From: Octopus bimaculoides | Taxonomy: Eukaryota | Assembly: GCF_001194135.2 (NCBI RefSeq) | Contig: NC_068988.1 | Location: 13,152,269 to 13,216,268, forward strand | DNA: 64,000 nucleotides | Direction: 5' to 3' | Shown: positions 40,650 through 53,779 of the stretch, piece after piece | Position numbering within the stretch: the first letter of the stretch is position 1 | Layout of the letters: the number at the start of each line of letters is the position of its first letter | Notes under the pieces: model-generated | What the model was told of the DNA's origin: nothing | The model's database searches: none | The model's input: only the letters and a program-made list of their open reading frames with translations | Made by a program: the position numbers and the translations under genes

Positions 40650-40890
40650 GTACCTTTACTATAATAGTCTCTGCCACTTGGAGCTGGTTAAGCTTATGCC
40701 ACCTCTAGTCAGCCATGCCCAACCCATTCATCTCTCATCACCTTTGTTCTAACCAACCCCACCTAGGAATCCTATGCCCAATCCTTTCATCCCAGAATGT
40801 TGGTCCTCTGGAACTCCCTTCCTACTTTCATCTTTTCCTGTAGGTGTTTGTTTGCAGTAGAGACATTAACTCTTAACAGCATCAATCACA
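40650..40890 (+). mobile_element. CR1/Jockey-group LINE 3' fragment
   Basis: SFHPRMLVLWNSLP matches the conserved SF.PR...LWN.LP C-terminus. Confidence 0.55.
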
Positions 40891-42689
40891 TAAATCTAGG
40901 AGGACCTGTGAAGGCCATGGGCACTAGCCTTTGCTCCAGACAAATGAAGGAAAAAAACTGCTAATATCTTTGTAGGTATAAATTAGTCAGTAATTACTTA
41001 AATACATGAGGTTGCTTCTGTTATAAAGATTATACAAGCATAGGAGATGTCTTTTGTCTGTATTCTGTTCTAAGAAAATTGTTAGATATCATCATCAGCA
41101 ACATCATTTTTCATGCTGGCATGGGTTGGAAGGGTTAACAGGATCCAGCAAGTCATAGGATTGCATCAGTTTTGGGTTTTGGCACAGCTGTCTGATGCTG
41201 AAGGCCTCCTGAGACCCCAGAAACATTGCTGATGATGCATTCCAGAACATTCATGAGATGTATCTTAGAACTAAATAGGTTACATTGATAACTTCCAAGA
41301 ATAATTACCTCATATATAATAAAAGAAATAGAAGACATTTAGAAATTTGACAATGATTATGTATTTGACTGAATATTAGAAGTAAAATCTATTTGATTTG
41401 CATTTATGATAATAGCTACAGAGTTATTGTAAATTAGAGAAAGACTAGGTGTACCTATATATTTTTCTGTTTCACATTTTATGCATTTTTTAATACCATT
41501 TTATTAAAATGTACAAAATTTATTTATGCCTATTTTGATGTTGTATAGTTGTTTGTTCTGTGTGCCCGATTTATTTCATAAAATGTCTGAACACCACCCT
41601 GGTAATTAATGCTCTAATTTATGACTACTTTTTTTTAATGGTAATTATGTAATTAGTATGAAATTATTTTGATTTTCCCCCTATACAAGTTACACTTGAG
41701 ATACAAGCCAACACAGTCCTAAAAGGTAGACCACAATAGTTGTGCTTGTATTTAGGTCAGCATATAATGTGAAAGATCATGTTTTGTTTCACTGTAACCA
41801 TAGTCATCAAGATATATCTCTATCTACACTCAATTGTGTACACTCCCTGATCTTACAATCGGTATCACATAGAATTTCCACTAGTTCTTTCTGCTTTTAA
41901 TGAGACACCCTACTTTTATGGCTATTGGTCAATGGTTATTATAACTAATAATATTTGAGACTGTGTTTACATCATAAGAATTTAGAAACTTCAAGAAACA
42001 TTAAATAAAGTGTTTTTAATGGTGGAACTTGAAGTAGATAATGCTATAAATAACAGCATGCAAATATTGGTTTCAATTTTGGTAAAGACCAGCAAGTTCA
42101 GGGTAGGGGGTAAGTCGATTACATCAACCCCAGTGCTTGAGTGGTACTTATTTTATTGAGTCTCAAAGGATGAAAGCCAAAGTCAACCTCACCAGAATTT
42201 GAACTCAGAATGTGAAGATAGACAAAATGCCATTTTTCCCAGCATGCTAACAATTCTGCTAGCTTGCACCTTAAGAGCATGCAAGTATTGGGATAAGAAT
42301 ATCCCAATAATTTGGGTAGTAAAAGTCAAAGGTTGCCTGATTTATTTATTTATCATTAAGGGCTCATTCAGTTTTGTAATATTCTTAAATCTCATAATTT
42401 ATGAAACTAGATCATCTGCAGATGAAACATTTAAGAATTACAATGTTCTGAATTCTGTTATGAACAGTAAACAACTACTTTAATTAATGAATTATTAAAT
42501 CTATTCATACCTTTACAGTTTGATTAAATAAAATTTTCCTTTTTAAAACTACATCATTTTAAATTCAAAGAATATGTAAAGTAATCAAACATCTTCGCTA
42601 AAGCCTGTGGTTGTGGAACAAGGGAAGTTAGATCTATTTTAAAGGTGTTAATGTTCAAAGAAGCATGGATATTGCACAATGCAGAATAG

Positions 42690-43075
42690 TGTGACTATTA
42701 TTAATGACTACTGGTTACAACTCTTTGTTTCAAAGATGTCTGTAAGAGAGATACGAAGTTGCTTGATCTGGACGTCCTGAGATGAGAAGAGGTTGCAAGT
42801 GATCACCCACACTGGAGGCAAATACTGTGAAAGGGAATGAAGCAAGCAGAAGGAAAACAAGAACTCACTATCAAAGAAAAGTACACTCTATGGAAGGAAA
42901 AATCAGTTGTACCGGCAGAGAGCTCCTTCAAATACTGTATGTGTGATTGCCACTCCCGTGTGGCCTGTACAGCCACAACAAACGCTGCACCACCATCAGC
43001 AGCTGACACGATTTCTTTGGGCACAGATCCATGGCCTTCTGAGATTGACAGATACCTACCAAACCTACCAGATGG
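42690..43075 (+). mobile_element. RTE LINE C-terminus with CCHC-type knuckle and 3' UTR
   Basis: FKDVCKRDTK...*EEVASDHPHWRQIL*KGMKQAE...KEK...FKYCMCDCHSR, frameshift, GLYSHNKRC. This explains the ORF-track ORFs at 42803-43125. Confidence 0.85.
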
Positions 43076-44497
43076 CTAGAGAACAGGTTAAGAGTTAAAT
43101 TTAGAGAAGATGATGTTGATATCATGGGCCCAAACTATAGAGGTTTTAGTAGGAAATATTTATCATTTTGCTCTTGTACTGCAATAACCTTAACTTTTAC
43201 CATCTAATTCTTGCTGATTTACATCATATTCATTATGAAGTTGCTGTAGATGTTGTATAACTTTATACAACTCTTATTATATTGATCTACATAATAGAAT
43301 TAGCCAACAGACTTAATCTATTTGATATGGTCCAGTATTTGACCTCCTATCTCAGCAAGATATTGACACTTATTTTATTAATCCTAGAAGTGCACATTCT
43401 GAAATCAAGTTCAATAGGAGTCACACTCAAAATTATCATTTATGAAGTTAAGCATGTTGCTTAAACTATCACTAAACTACTGGCTTTTAAATTCAGTAGA
43501 TGTTATATAGTATATAATGACATAGTGTTTGCCTCTGTCTGCACATACAAAGTTGATTAAAAATCTATTGACTTATTGTGTATTATTGTCCAGCATTGAA
43601 ACAAAATACTTTTAATGCACCAGTAATTTACTAATCAAACTAGCTACCAAAAATGTGTTTAATAAGCAAATTGGTCTATCCACTTTACTTAAATCCAAAA
43701 TAATTGTGTCTCCATGGACAGTTATAGAGGAGACTTAGTCACTGATGAAATCCCAACACAGCATTAAAATTAATCTAGCTGGTCACTCTTTTCCTTTCCA
43801 GAAAGATACTATATATTAAAACAAGGTGTCTACCTTTGTCTATACAGATGAAATAAATATTAGAGATGCTTAGTCTCATGCAGAAACTGCAGGAGCTACT
43901 CAAACGGTTCCCCTTGCAGATTCTTACTAACCACTTTTTGGTTAAAAATCTGGACATATATTCTGTTGTACAGTTATAGCATTTAAATTTAGTGTTGCAA
44001 ATTTGATTGAATCTTACTTTTTAGATAACTTTTACATTGTAATCCTGCCTTTGTGTAAGAACCAGGACAAGGAAAATAAAATTCCAGTATTAAAATCATA
44101 GATGTTAACTTGAAACTTGTTTGGCAGATAAATCTATTACAAAGCTTGCAATAGTTCTACACACAACATCTCTTCTTCTGACTCACTGATACAAAGAAAG
44201 AGCATTATTAGTAGCTAATGGTGTGTGTGTGTGTGTGTGTGTGTGTGAAGTACTGAAGAATTTTTGTTGTCATAAAGGAATATACTTATTCACATTTTCT
44301 TGTATTTTTTGTTTACTAAGTTTCCATAATGGTAGAAGAATGAACTTCAAAGGACTTGGTATTTCAGTTGGAGACATTGAAGGCCTACTTGTATAAAACT
44401 AGTTCTCTATCTTCCTGGAATGACAAAAACCATCAAAAACTTATAGATTTAATCAAACAAGATTCATTTTATTATTCTGTGTGTGTGTGTGTGTGTT

Positions 44498-44541
<44 letters not shown>

Positions 44542-44619
44542 TGTGTGTATGTGTCTTTGTATTCACGCATGCACATGTTTATTTCATACAGTTATTTACT
44601 AGTTCTTCAAATAGGTTTT

Positions 44620-44860
44620 CTTGATTGTGCCAACAGCATCTGTCATTTATTGGTTTATTTCAATATTTGTTGATGGAACTGTTTCCAAATACCAACTTGT
44701 AAATGTCACCATAATTCAAGTATCATCCTTTGCACACAACCTCTGTTTTTGCTCTTTGTTCAGAGACCTCCCTCCTCTTTCTCTGTTCCTTACAAAACAC
44801 TGACTGCATCATCTTTTGCTGATGACTCCATATTCAATTTTACTCCATTCAAATGGAGAA
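44620..44860 (+). mobile_element. LINE RT fragment
   Basis: FVDGTVSKYQLVN (V.VDG..S....VN.GVPQG), LFLLF and SFADDS (YADD motif). Confidence 0.6.
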
Positions 44861-45164
44861 ATTTTAATTCCTTTTAATCATTCCTTAAAATAAACTAAAT
44901 CTCTTTCTAAAATCTCAATTCAGAAGGTTAACTCAGTCCTTTCTAGAAAGGAGCTGAACTGAATTTTCCCTTTTTTTTTATTCTTGAAAGAATTGAAATC
45001 TATTTCTATGACAATGCCGTGATAAGTATATTATAAATATACTCGTATACTGAAAATACTAGTTTATTGAGGCAGAAGGTGTGTCACTTGCAATGCCTTT
45101 TTCGTATTCAGGTAAAAACAATATCTGTTTTTATTCTACATTGCCTAATGTTAAAGGAAAGCCC

Positions 45165-45893
45165 GGAACAATTATTTCCAGGACCACAATGTAGGCCGCA
45201 GAGTTAATTCTAAGGCCTTGTGGAAAGAAGTAAGGAGGCATCACATGTCCTTCATTGCTGACAACCCCTAAAACCATGACAGTTGCAGGAAATTTTGTAT
45301 GCATAACACTTGGAACTTTAGAAGGGTCTGCACATAAACACCTGTCATATCTTCTGTTAACTTTTTGATCTTTGTTGAAGTTTTTCTCATTTGAGAAAAA
45401 CCAAATCAAATCTTCTTCTGCTGGATTTTTCAGTCTGTTTAAGAGCCTTTTAGATCTGATGTAGTGATTTTCTTTTGCTTTTTCTGGCAAATTAACCTTT
45501 CTTCATCTGACTGTTCCTTCTGACACATGGAGATCTTTTGTAATTGACCTCATGGACTTTCTGAGATTGTAATCAATGGTCTGATGGACTTCCTGGATAA
45601 ATTCAGGTGGTCTGATGGTTTCAGAGTGTTTAGAATGCTTTTTAAGCTTTGAAACTGGTGATATGTTTCCTTACAAATTTTGCAGGCAAAAGATCTGGCA
45701 ACTTTTAAAAATTGAGATATTTCTAAATCGCTATGCTCATCCTTTATAACCACAATAACAGCATGCCTCTTTATTTCTTGAGTAAGCTGAGGGTCTGCCT
45801 TTATTATTTTCTGAAACAAAGATTATACAGAGTTAGCAAAAAATGCAGCAATGACCCAAAAATGGTATGTCCTCAAATACCTTACACACCCTG
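45165..45893 (-). mobile_element. 3'-truncated Tc1/mariner transposon, maT/DD37D-like
   Basis: 5' end TA|CAGGGTGTGTAAGG at 45893. HTH piece KRHAVIVVIKDEHSDLEISQFLKVARSF. Catalytic piece WFFSNEKNF...VNRRYDR.LCADP..VP.VMHTKFPATVMVLGVVSNEGHVMPPYFFPQGLRINSAAY. Frameshifted, and the first catalytic D is changed to N. Confidence 0.85.
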
Positions 45894-48371
45894 TATATAT
45901 ATATATATGAGTATCACTGTCATACAATTAGTGTCCTTCGTTTCCTGTCTTCTATGAAAACCTGTAGGCCATGTAAAAATATTACCTTGATTGGAAACAG
46001 ATGAAGGTTGGCACCTAGCCATAGAAAAGCCTTCCCCAGTGAATCTCATCTGACCAAATGAAGCATTGGAAAGTAGACATTAAAATGATGTTGATAATGA
46101 TGATAATATCTATTGAAAGCTAAACCACAAATCAAAATCACCTCTCTAAAACACTCACATAGAGCACTTATAAATCTAAAATTGAAATCAAGAAGTTATA
46201 TGTATTGGTCCCTCAGAAAATTTCCTAATTACTTGTCTGGTATTTCTATTTCAGACCTTAACATTGCAAAAGTTTTCTCTAATAGATTTTAACTGCATAG
46301 AGAATGTTTTAGATATTGTTTTGTAAACGTTCTTAGCTTCGACTCAGATATTATTTCGTTGAAATCTCTCAAACAATCTTATCAAAAGAATAAACTTCAA
46401 ACAGCAGAACCACTGATCTATTTTTACCTGTTAATTGGAAACTATTACTCGAGAGCTGGATCAATAATGTATATTTTCAAACTGTCCCAACTCTGTTGCT
46501 TAGCTCTTGTAGTTTGTTGCTAAACACATCTCAATATAAGAAGAAAGTGGGGGAAAAAGGAAAGAGTCCAGTTGTTAAGTAACAATAGCAGATACAGTAG
46601 AAATGATTAGCATATCCAGATGCATTTGTATGTTATTTCTATATTTAGAAACTGCATGAATACAAAATCTTTTGATTTGTGTAAGTGTGTTTTTTATAAG
46701 TACAAAGGCACATGTATACACATGTACATTCTCTCAATCTCTTTTTCTCTTTTCTATATCCACAATGTATAATGATAAATGCAGCACAGTTTCATTTCTA
46801 ACATTGAGAGAAAGCATTGATTTTGTTTTCTTTCTTTGAAAGATCTACTGTTTGTCTATTCCTCTCATATGTAAGTTAATGCTGTTATGAGTTTATTCAT
46901 AATTTTCACTAATTTATTTAATTCTTGTTACTTCACTATCCTTCCTGCAATAGAAAAGTTAAAGATTTGTCTTTTATTCCTTCAATGAACAATTAAGAAA
47001 TCTAATAATTTACAGAACCATGATTTTGAAGTAAAGAATTTTATTTTAATGTAGTGTGGTTTTATTCACTGATTTTTATGCATTGCCTAGAAAGTTATGT
47101 TTTCCCATTGTATACTCTGGATTATCTTTTAGATTTGTTAAATTATTTAACAAGGAGTTTCTTAGACTAATATTGATAATATAATAGTTAAATATTTTTC
47201 ATTTCCCCTCTCTAATTAAAAAAATATAGAAGTTAGAGTTAGTGATTTATATCATATTTTTTAGCTACATTAAATTACTTTTTCAGCTTAGTTCATGACT
47301 TGGTTTGGGTTCCCAGCCAAAGACCTCATTTAAGTTATATTAGAAAATATTGGTGTTGCCTTGGTGAAGGTTTGCGCTCTCTGAGTGCTCTTATTGTTGT
47401 TGTTGTTGTTGTTATTTTTATTATCATATGCTTATTTTGAGCTATATGATAGTAATATAATGTCACAGTTAAAGAGAAAACTTAACTGAAATGACAAGAT
47501 TCAAATCCATAACCTTAATATCAGTAAAAGATTTAAAGTAAACCTCTACATCTTAGATGAAAGGTTTTTTACTAAATCTAGTATGATTTTCTAAATCTGC
47601 TGATCTAGAAAAAATGATGATGATATACTTTACTGAATATTTAATTGAACAGAGACATAAGAAGTTTGGCTATAACTAATATAGTTAGGCTATAGTTAAA
47701 ATTAATAAAGGATAGTATTATCTAAATTCAGTAAGTTTGTAAGTTGTGTATATGTAAGCATGTTATGTGTAACTATGAAATATATTTTTAGGCTAAATTT
47801 CTAAGTTAAATAGAGTATTTCATTTTTACACTATTTAACTTAGTCATTGGTTTTGCCGTAGTTAGTGTCTTGTGCTCTTTTGTTTTGATGTAGATACATT
47901 TTAGATATCTGTCTACTTTAAATAATGATACAGACTTGGTAAGAAACCTGACATGATAATTTCACTGGAAGAGGATTTGGAGACTAGGCCAATGGTTAGA
48001 TTCAATTAAATTGGAACTGCCACTTGTTGTTCTTATGCTAAATTTTGTTTGATAGCTTTGCTTATATTAACATATTCTGAATAGAATAATTTATGATAAT
48101 ATATGTACGATGTGGAGCCTTCTATAATTTCAATCAATTTTCTTGGAAAACCTTTGCCCACTGCCTCATCTTATACAGTATTCTATCAAATGTTTACATT
48201 TCATGAACAAAGCATGAGGCAGTTTACACCAGAACTGATGATAGATCAAAGTAAGGATCAAAATTTTAACTCACTGATTTGTTAATTCTTTTTGTCATCA
48301 TCATCATCTTTGTCAACATCATTATCATTATTTACATTCGATGGATATTTGTCCTCATCTTGTTTGTTGTT

Positions 48372-48418
48372 AACACAACGTTTCAGCTGATATACCCCTC
48401 CAGCCTTCTTCAGGTATC
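48372..48418 (-). ncRNA. Minimal type I hammerhead ribozyme motif
   Basis: GATAC-CTGAAGA-A-GGCTG-gaggggtatat-CAGCT-GAAAC-GTT-GTGTT. It has a 5-bp stem II, a 5-bp stem I with G-U pairs, and a palindromic AACGTT stem III. Confidence 0.75.
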
Positions 48419-48479
48419 TTGGGGAAATTTCGAACCTGGGTTCTCATTCCTAAGATATTTTTCAATGTTATTATTATTA

Positions 48480-48580
48480 TTATTATTGTTAGTGTTCAGG
48501 TCACTGCTTGGAATCGAACTCGGAAACCCCAAGATTCCGAGTTTGATTTCAAGCAGTGACCTGAACACTAACAATAATAA
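48480..48580. repeat. 46-bp inverted repeat with a 9-nt spacer
   Basis: 48480-48525 versus 48535-48580, 44/46 complementary. Both mismatches are G-U pairs on the + strand transcript. Confidence 0.95.
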
Positions 48581-51500
48581 AAATAATACCTTAAATAAAT
48601 ATATTCTATGCATCTTCTTTTTGCCTTAATTTCAAATTCAAACTTCTAGTCCCACCAAATATTATGAAGAAATGATTATCTCCCTTGTACTAACCATCTG
48701 CTAGAGAACTCTACATGTTGGTGTTTCTGACTGAAGTCAAAAATTGTTGATAGTAATCTTATAGATGAATCATGGACATTATTTTCTATGGCAGTATATA
48801 CACAGGAATAATGTTCTAAGACATTCCAAAAATGTTTAGTAGCAGGTATGTATGACACTGACAGCTCTATGTGACTGAAATATCCAGTATTTGCCAAAAT
48901 AAATTTAAATAATATCAATCCTTGACTAATAATATATATTTTCTCATCAAATAACTATTTCCAATTAGATTTTTACTGCTCACTGTATTAAATATGATAA
49001 CACTGACCTGACTATTTTTTAATGCCGAGGAGATCTTGTATGACTTAACCATGTCCAGAGTTGTCTCCCATACTTGTCAGTGTAATTAGAATAACGTTAG
49101 CCTCATTGATTAATAGTGTCTTTTCATCTTCATGTAATTAAATCTTAACTTTTTAATCCTTTCTACAATTAAATATGTTAACACATCTTTGAAATACATT
49201 AAATTAAATTCCTATCAAGAAACAATTGTCTACAAAAGATTCAAACTTAGATATTGATTAGTTGTTCGATACCCTATTCACTTGGCCATTTTGTCTCTGA
49301 GCTTTCCTGTTCAATAGTTTCTTTTATTTCCTAATACTCATCATATAACCAAAAGCAAATGAAAATTTAAATTATAATTTGGAACCTATTTTTTTAACAT
49401 TAATACTTTTTTACTTTTTGTTTTACAGTTTTAATAATTTGATTTTATTTTTACTTAGTTTCATTTTTTACTTAATGTCATTTTCCAGCTGATTTAATGT
49501 AGAATTTTAAATTGTTTTTATTTTATTTTTCAAACTTGAAGCTAAATATGGCAATCTTAATATGTGTGGATTTTCTAAAGTAGAATCAAGTGAAGAGGGA
49601 AAAAAATTTATATATGTGCAAGCATTTACTGTTTGCAGCCATTTACAGATAGTAAATTCACTGCTTTAGGTATCAAAGTAAATTTCACATTTTTATTTTC
49701 TTCAGAAGGATTTTCTATACACTGTATATTGATAGTGTTAGCAACTCAGGCATATACACAGAATTTCTGAAAATAATGTTAAAGCCAGTCAGTAGAATCA
49801 TCTAACTGAAATAGAATATAAAAAGAATACAATGAAGGGGAAAAAATTAAATGTTTAATCGCTTTCTAAATTTACACAGAACCTATTGAAAATAATTTTC
49901 TTCTATTAATTTAAAATTAACTTTACCCCTCCATTTATAAAATTTAATTTTTTGCCTTTAAAACGATCCTATTGATGAATAAAAATGTGTGTTAAATATT
50001 GTTTTGTGTATTCAAATGGTGTGGAGGTTTTGAAATAGTGACTGGCATAGCTACAAATCCTTAGTTGGGCTACTGCAGTATACACTCTGCTATGCAACAC
50101 TGCTGGAAATATATTGATTGACTCTGCAGTGTCTATTTTTGGTGATGTGCCAGAAACTCATTCATTAAGTATGTTTTTCCTGGTTGTAGATGACTTAACA
50201 ACAGAGTGGTAGGAGGAGGAGGAGAACGAGTATGGAAAGAATAATTTTATCATGTGTAGTTCTCGATGCAATATTTTTAGTTAATTCATTAGAATCCAGC
50301 AGTAAGCTGTTTGGAGCAAAACAATTGTAGCTTTGATACAATTATAGTAATATTTTTAAATTTTCAATTAGACAAAAGGGATTTGAAATATCATTAGAAA
50401 AATGAATTACATACGTATGGTGGTACATATTAAGTGCTTTGATTAAGAAGCAGTCCTGTATGCAATCATTTAAAAGCTTAGATATTTTTTTTTTACATCA
50501 TTGCAGTATCATCAGTATCAACATCATTCTCATCACAATCATCATAAAATAAAAATATAAATAAAGGAATAATAATGATTATTATTTAAAAACAAAAGAT
50601 GAAAACCAGATTGATTTATAAATGATATGCTAATTTTTGTTGCTGAGGAAAAAAGATTTTGTACTTGTTATATTTCTGTGTCAATACTATCTACAACCCT
50701 ACAAACTACATGGATCTACAGATTTATCATTATTTTGCCATTAATGTTAGCTATTCTGAATTTCATTCAGGAACAGTATTGACACGGAATCGAGACAATT
50801 AATCAATGTTGCGCATAGTAATAAGATTTGATTGATTCTATCTAGCACTAATAATATCATTAACCCAGGGATTTTTGACAATGCCTCTGTTAAAATGCAG
50901 TCATCTAATTAAGACTGCTAACTTGTTACTTATTATAGGATACCAATGACAATGCTAAGAAGATTTCCTTTTAATGTTTTTGTCACTTCCTTAACCCACT
51001 CCATCTCACTACAAAGTACTCTGCTAGCTATGCATAATGACTGTATACCAAAATGAAATATCTACTATCAATTGTATGTACAGATTTATCCGGTTTCATG
51101 TTAACACTGAACATTAGGGTTATGTGAGATGTGAGTGCTCTCTGCCTGCGACTAAGTAATTTTATTTCAGCTTTCAGAATAAGACTAATTAATGTAAATA
51201 AAGTTGCTGTGAAAAGCAAACTCAGAGGACTAGAAATAATAGAACAGTCTATTAATATATTTCATCTGCAATATGATAGACTGTGTGCCTAAATTAGAAA
51301 ATCTAGAGAACTGTCTATCTGTCTGTCTATCTCTTTATATGTCTGTCTGTCTCTCTCTCTCTCTCTTTGACTCCCTGTCTCTGTCTGTCTTATGTAGGTG
51401 TGTTTACTTACATTTATGTCCTGTAACTTAGCAGTTTGACAAACAGAGATGAATACCAGGCTAAAAATAATAAGATTGATCAAACACTAAAAACTGGTGC

Positions 51501-53779
51501 TCCAGCATGGCTACAGTCCACTGACCCAGAAAAATTCCAAAACAATGATAATAAAAAAATAGAAAAAAACTTTTCTAGTGAATAAGAAACCCTTTCTCTC
51601 CTTGGATACAAGGTACATTTTATACAGTATTGCTAAATATGGAAGAGGGAATTAAATGTACAGTTAAGGCAAGGCTTGCAGTGACCGGAGTCGAATTCAT
51701 CCTACACAAGCATATCCTGTTTTATGGAAATATTACGTTTCTGAACATTTTGCAATAATATAGAATTCCATGAATGCAAAAACCTATTTTGTTATTGATT
51801 TTCATGTTAAATGGAAGTCAGTGGGAAATGTGTTTCCCTTTCTGGAATTCCATGTTACAGCAAAATTTTCAGAAATGCAATACTTCACTAACATAGGCAA
51901 GGCCTGTATTTTAATTTGAGTTTAAAAGATAGCTTGGACATTTTTGAGCTGAAGTAGTGTTTCTGTTTCAAACATAGTTTTCGATATATGAAATAGGTCC
52001 GAGTTGAATAGTCTTCATTTGGAAAAACTTGTTAGTTGAAATAATGTCATCAAGGACAAAAGTAAGCTGTAGATGACTTCAAATCAGACCTGATCCCAAG
52101 ATATTAGGACAGTAACTAAGATTCATAGGCTTATAATGATTTGGGTTGGTATGAATTAGATTGAAATTAAAAGCAAATGACATCTATGCTGAAGTGCATA
52201 AGACTATAGTACAAAAGATGCCAGAGAATCAAAGCCACTGGATGGGCAATTATTTGGTAGAATTGTATAGTGAGTGTTAACATGGGGAAAATACAAATTT
52301 TAAGAATCTGTTTAATCTTAATACAACCCTTGTTTTTGAAGTTCATATGATGATCGATGAAGCTGTCTTTATTATTAAATCAGAAACCCATGATATGACT
52401 CCATTTCCATCAGATATCATTGATATCTGGAATTGTTGGAGCATATAATCTACAGCTGATCATCTCAACATCAGCCACTCAACTATTAAATGAGAATGGT
52501 ACATATTTTCAGATTAGCTGACTGAGGCAAGGAAAGAAATAGCTCAATATACCAATGAAAATATTTGAACTCTAAACCCCTAGACTCTTAATCCATGTGT
52601 CTATCTGTTTAAATCTCCATCACTCTTTTAATCCTTCTCTTGAATCATTAAAAAAAAACCCGAAGCAAATTATTAGTTTCAGTTATTCTTTTCTTCACAT
52701 ATTTTTGCTTCTCCCCCATACATTCACTATATTTCCTCATCATATGAATAGAAGGCATTTCTATTCACAATTTTCGTATCAAGTAGTTTTCTTTTATGTA
52801 AAATAGAACTAGAGAAACCTATATAATATAAATAATTTTTCTTTCTATCCTTTGTGGGTGTGTGCTGACATATGTATATCATTCTTTTATATTAATCATA
52901 AGCAAGAATTTAGAAAAACATGTTATGAGACATGACAAATTTAGTCATTTATATCCATGGGATGTATTTATGTCATTTTAATACACATTGCCCTTCAGTT
53001 TTAACCTGCAGATAACCCAGATTGTGTGGATCTCATGTCACCCTTGTGTGCTATGCACCATCCCATCATAAAGCTAATCTCTCTCCCTCTCTATTTCCTC
53101 TTTCTGTCTGTCGCTTTCTCCCCCTCTCTAGATCTCCTTTTATCTCTTTCTCTCTCCATCTTTTCCTCTGACATGCACACCCACCTTGGTTTTAAATTGA
53201 TCATTTAGTCTCAACAATTCACTTGAAAATTGATGAGATCTTAATTTTTCTCGAAAATTATTAATCTATAAAGTTACCACATAGACTAATTGAGATATTT
53301 AAAATTCTGTATCAAATTAATCTCCCAAATTAAGCTTGTATAATCTGTTGAGGAAAACAAGAGATTATATTAATTAAAGTGTAGACCACATCTCAAAAAG
53401 AAAATCACATCCAGTAGTATTTATTTTACAATTGGTTAACTGTGTAAAATAATATTAGTGTTAGTATCTTCAAACGATCAAGCAACATTTGTTTGCTTAG
53501 TAACTATTAGCAAAGCTAAAACCCACTTTTAAAATGTCTAACAAAACAAGAAAAATCAATAGAATTCTCTTGGAGCCTCTTTATAACAGATTCTAAATTC
53601 TGGGGCCTTTGCAGCTCATCAGTTATTCCCTAACAATTCTCTGTATTTTACATCTCTCCTATTATATAGCTATCTGTATATACACCTATATCGTCATATA
53701 GCTAGCAGCATACTTCAACTATTTTATCACTGCTCCTTTCTCCTTTGAGCATACACTCCCACGTTTGCAAATTATCAAT

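Larger units (their letters stand above)
48290..48595 (-). mobile_element. Repeat with a tRNA-type B box, (AAT)n spacer and hammerhead motif, ending in an inverted duplication
   Basis: Minus strand GAGTTCGATTCC (B box), then CAGTGACCTGAAC, (AAT)n, ...CCCAGGTTCGAAATTTCCCCAAGATAC and CTGAAGA...GAAACGTTGTGTT. Confidence 0.7.

Noticed and set aside
42837-43079. 80-aa Cys-rich ORF that looks like a host exon
   Set aside because: It is explained by the RTE LINE C-terminus (CHSR-GLYSH knuckle) with upstream in-frame stops.
43802-43825. Strong acceptor followed by RYYILKQG, resembling a PH-domain strand
   Set aside because: The donor (GTGTCT) is weak, read-through hits a stop, and no companion exons were found.
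51661-51906. Possible TA-flanked MITE
   Set aside because: The terminal sequences do not match convincingly as inverted repeats.
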